Part shown: positions 36,945 to 40,412 of the stretch, in pieces
Numbering within the stretch: position 1 is the first letter of the stretch
Layout of the letters: every line of letters starts with the position of its first letter
Source of the DNA: Phoronis australis
Lineage: Eukaryota; Animalia; Phoronida
Direction: 5' to 3'
NCBI GenBank assembly: GCA_002633005.1
Contig: NMRA01001203.1
Coordinates: forward strand, 1 to 40,412
Length of the DNA stretch: 40,412 bases
The notes under the pieces: model-generated
The model's database searches: none
Seen by the model: the letters and a program-made list of their open reading frames with translations, nothing else
Told to the model about the DNA's origin: nothing
Position numbers and translations under genes: made by a program

Positions 36945-38480
36945 CTATATACACCAAACATGTCACAGCAAACAAAACTCCACATGCCATTAGTTCAAGT
37001 TCAAGCTTTATTAGAACTCAAATCATAAAATATATACAAATGTGCATATATGGTGATAGCCAAACTGAAGATTTGGAACCTCTGGGTAATTTTGGTTGCA
37101 GTAACTACATAACTTTCTAGCTTTTCCTCAATCGTAAAAATGAAATCACAGCTCTTGCCCACCGACCAACCTCATCCCCTGCTGGCACTCTCGTTGATTA
37201 CAGAGCTAGCCTCCTTAGTTATCTTCACGGGTGTGCCATTACTACTACAAGCTAAGTATCGAAATTGGCGCATTTCCGCGAATAGCAGTTTTCCGGTTAT
37301 TGTACTACTCCTGGAGTAAAGTAGTTCGGCATGCTCTGGGTCATAAGCGATGTTTTAAAAATTATTGACATTTGTAGTCACTGGGTGTTGTTCATAGATA
37401 TTTCAATATAGCTTAGTTGTATATTAAAAGATAATCCACTTGATATTGTTAACTCCGATCAATGTTTGTAACTCGGAGTATATCAATACGCACAGTCATT
37501 TATCTTCATTCGTACCCAATGTTTGTAGGTTTTAGCTTAACAGTTCATCGATTTTTAAAAATCGAAAACCAAACTTGGTTGTTTTTTTCCATCTGAATAT
37601 GGCTATGGAATTTGTTTTTAACAAACAACTGTTAGTTAATGCATTTTGAAAATTCATCAGTATGTACAGGCAGAGGTGTTAACTACAGTTTATGGTTGTG
37701 CAATTGCTCGCATTGGACTGTGCGGTCATGGCAGCTGAGTCTGACTCTGGCGCTGCACTCTCTTTGATCCCGGTAAAAGCCACTCCAAAGGACGAGCAGT
37801 GAAAAGTCACGCATATCTTTAGAAATGCGTGATTTTCATGTAAGCATATTATTCATGGCATGCGCATTGTTGGACCAATTGGTTCGAAATTTTTCAAGTG
37901 TTAAGTTTCCTGTAGCTGGCTAGTAGCGAGTACCGCATAACTGGAAGTTGTTTTCAAAATGGCGGATCTGATGCATTTACCACTTTCCAATTGTGTTGGG
38001 TGCCATTTTGAATGTGAAGAGGAAATGACATGAATTTTTGCATATGGATTTTCTAAGGTATACCCTTTCAAATGAACTGTAACAATTTTAATATTTTCCA
38101 AAAATTTGTGAAACTAATCTGTTAAATAGAGTTTGTTTAGAACGGGCTTTCAAAGCATGTTCTCCATTTTTCTCCACAACGTCTCATTTTTGAATTATTC
38201 AGGGTTATCTGATGAGACTGTTCCTTTGTTGACTGATTTTTGTTGGTTTGCCTTCTGTTGAACTAGACTTTATTTCTTAATCATTTCTGATGTCTTCATT
38301 TCTTGTATGACTGTTATCATCATGTCCATCAGCAAAACCATCATCATCATCATAATTTTCATTGTCTTCTTTTCAATCAATTTCGCCAAGTGTCACTCCT
38401 CTGAGCATTTTCATGGTGCTAGTTGATAAGTTAAAATGAGATTCTGTGAAAAGATAGTGATTTTTGTCTTTTCTTTTTAG

Positions 38481-38533
38481 GCTAAGTGGCAAGCCCTTAT
38501 AAAGGAAGACCCGTATTACAAAAAAATTTTCAG
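38481..38533 (+). CDS. EXOC2: Candidate extra EXOC2 exon
   Basis: Strong pyrimidine tract tttttgtcttttctttttag, donor CAG|gttagt, 53 nt, phase 0/2. Encodes AKWQALIKEDPYYKKIF. Confidence 0.6.
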
Positions 38534-39085
38534 GTTAGTGTCGTGTCTTTGTCATAGAGGTCTCCTACGTTAATGTTTGCATGAGGTTCATTTAAATTAG
38601 CGCAGACTTTGTAGCTTATTTTATTGCAGCGTATTTCAAGAATGTATTCTTTTAAACATAGTTATGCTTAGAGGTGCTTTTGTCTATTTGTGCATTTATT
38701 TCTCTAATTTGTATTATTTTATGCATTATAATCTTCTAAGTTGCTCATATCCTGATGTTGGGTTGACACTTTTCTATTCCCTAGGGAATGTTATATGAAA
38801 GGTCGCTTCCTCATTTGTAATTAGAACTATTGTATTTCAGATTTATACTGGCTTGTTCTTCTGAATCAAAAATTTAAGTGGTTTTGAAGACAATCATTAA
38901 GTGAATAGACTGATTACAGTCAAAATTTTGTTAGTTGGTAATACTATGTTTTATTCTTATGAAATCCTCTCAGTAATCACATGCCTATTTCCACCTTAAT
39001 ATCACTGGGCATACTACCAGTCATTAAACGGGTCTCAGGTGGCACTATGTGTTTTCATAAATACAATGCTGTTCGTCTTTTACAG

Positions 39086-39182
39086 TGAGGTGCGACCCCT
39101 ACAGGACAAATTTGACCAACAAATGAGGTTTGAGCTGACCTGTTTTAAGGGAGTGCAAGAGCCTGCGGAGTCTAACTGTTGA
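39086..39182 (+). CDS. EXOC2: EXOC2 terminal coding exon
   Basis: ttttacag acceptor, phase 2. Encodes (S)EVRPLQDKFDQQMRFELTCFKGVQEPAESNC* (cf. LLNKFKSSMHLQLTCFQ). TGA at 39180-39182. Confidence 0.88.
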
Positions 39183-40379
39183 TGATGATAATGGCCGTGG
39201 CCTCTTCCAGTGCAATATTGTGGTCTGCCGTGCACATCAAAGGTCAACATTGCGGAGATGATCCATGGCATAGCCATTTGCATCACGCTCTTTCGATTCA
39301 ATATTTGTCATTTTCTGTATGTCATTATAAAGTATATATATTAGTAGAGCTTGAGAAACGTTTTTTGCCGCAAAATTGAACCTTTCTGTTTTCTAATGGA
39401 ATTTTGAGAAACTAAAACTGTAGCTTAAAGCCATACAGGCATATGTATTGAAGGTTAAATTCCTTTCCTCCACTGTGACCATTCACCACTTTCTTCACTG
39501 CACACCATATTCAAACGATCAGTCGGCAAATTTAAGTTTTTTAGACATATCAAAACTCTTTGCCATTTCTTTAAACTTGGAGTTTCTAAGCAACACACTT
39601 TTTAACCAATCGTATTAATCTTACCTTGAAAGCTTGAGCGATTGAACATTTTCACGTCATCCTGCTTTCACTGCACTAAAACTCTGAAGCAAAAATCTTC
39701 ATGAGCTCTGTTTTTTGTAGCCTAAATATAGATTGCTGTACTGCAAAAATGTCATTATAGTGGCACAGAGAACTGTTCTTAGTTCAAATTGTGCAAACTC
39801 AACCATTTAAGAGGTATTTTGAATACATTGAACTGGAGATACAATGGAGACGATATCAGTGCCTATCCACATCACCTCAAAGTATTTCAATTTATTTCAA
39901 AATATTAAAAACCTGCCAAATATGTTGCAAAAGCTGATATTACTATATTTATTAATGTCCATGATAATGTCACACGGAAATGAACGAACTTTGTACCGAA
40001 TGAGCATGATTCACATGTGCAGAGGGCAGGAAAACTGGATCAAATCGACTACACTTATTGCATGATTTACTAATCCATTTTGGTCGATACCATGTTGGGT
40101 AACGGTTACTATCTGGTCAGTACAGTTGTATGTATATTGCCCATGGTGTACAAACACTTAAGTAAAGTCATTTTCAAATCCTTGCAAGGATTGTGAAGAC
40201 TTGCATTAAACTATTACCCTAAAACTATGTTTTCACATGCTTCTTGTGCAGGCATTTTTATTGCAGAGGCTTTTTTCAGCAGGTTTGGTGGAAAGACGTT
40301 TTATGATAGAAGACTTTTGCTAAGACAGTGGTGACAAGTCACATGGGATGGGCAAGTCTTGTCATATTTTAGTCTAGGA

Positions 40380-40412
40380 CAGTGGCGGATCTAGGATACC
40401 ATAAGGGGGGCT
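40380..40412. mobile_element. Left end of hAT-like MITE running off the window
   Basis: CAGTGGCGGATCTAGGATACCATAAGGGGG closely matches the reverse complement of 30128-30157. Confidence 0.6.

Noticed and set aside
39180-39600. Selenocysteine recoding of tandem TGA
   Set aside because: No SECIS recognised, EXOC2 is not a known selenoprotein, and TAA follows directly.
39183-40379. Polyadenylation signal for EXOC2
   Set aside because: No AATAAA noticed. ATTAAA variants (~39903, ~40205) are uninformative in AT-rich DNA.
1-40412. Short ORFs of the six-frame track as standalone genes or an operon
   Set aside because: The DNA is eukaryotic and intronic. Apart from those overlapping EXOC2 exons or TE remnants, the ORFs have no recognisable motifs, and several span N gaps.

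Overview
Animal (probably invertebrate) nuclear genomic DNA: AT-rich, spliceosomal GT-AG introns, two assembly gaps. It is not prokaryotic, so most of the six-frame ORF track is noise. The window holds the 3' part of an exocyst component 2 gene (EXOC2/Sec5) on the + strand. Ten exons (4556-39182) splice in consistent phase and resemble vertebrate EXOC2 as I recall it. Two further candidate small exons (30481-30520, 38481-38533) together add 31 in-frame codons near the C-terminus. The introns are full of mostly non-autonomous transposons: five CCGTA-ended Tc2/pogo-like elements (an inverted pair, a nested copy and a 102-bp mini-derivative among them), two Helentron/DINE-1-like elements carrying ~145-bp-periodic arrays of CTCF-like motifs, a decayed restriction-like-endonuclease non-LTR retrotransposon, a TTAA-flanked Kolobok-like derivative, and several MITEs and tandem repeats. 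Family and protein assignments come from remembered motifs, not database searches. I found no convincing novel multi-gene system. The best leads are the CTCF-motif arrays and the extra EXOC2 exons.
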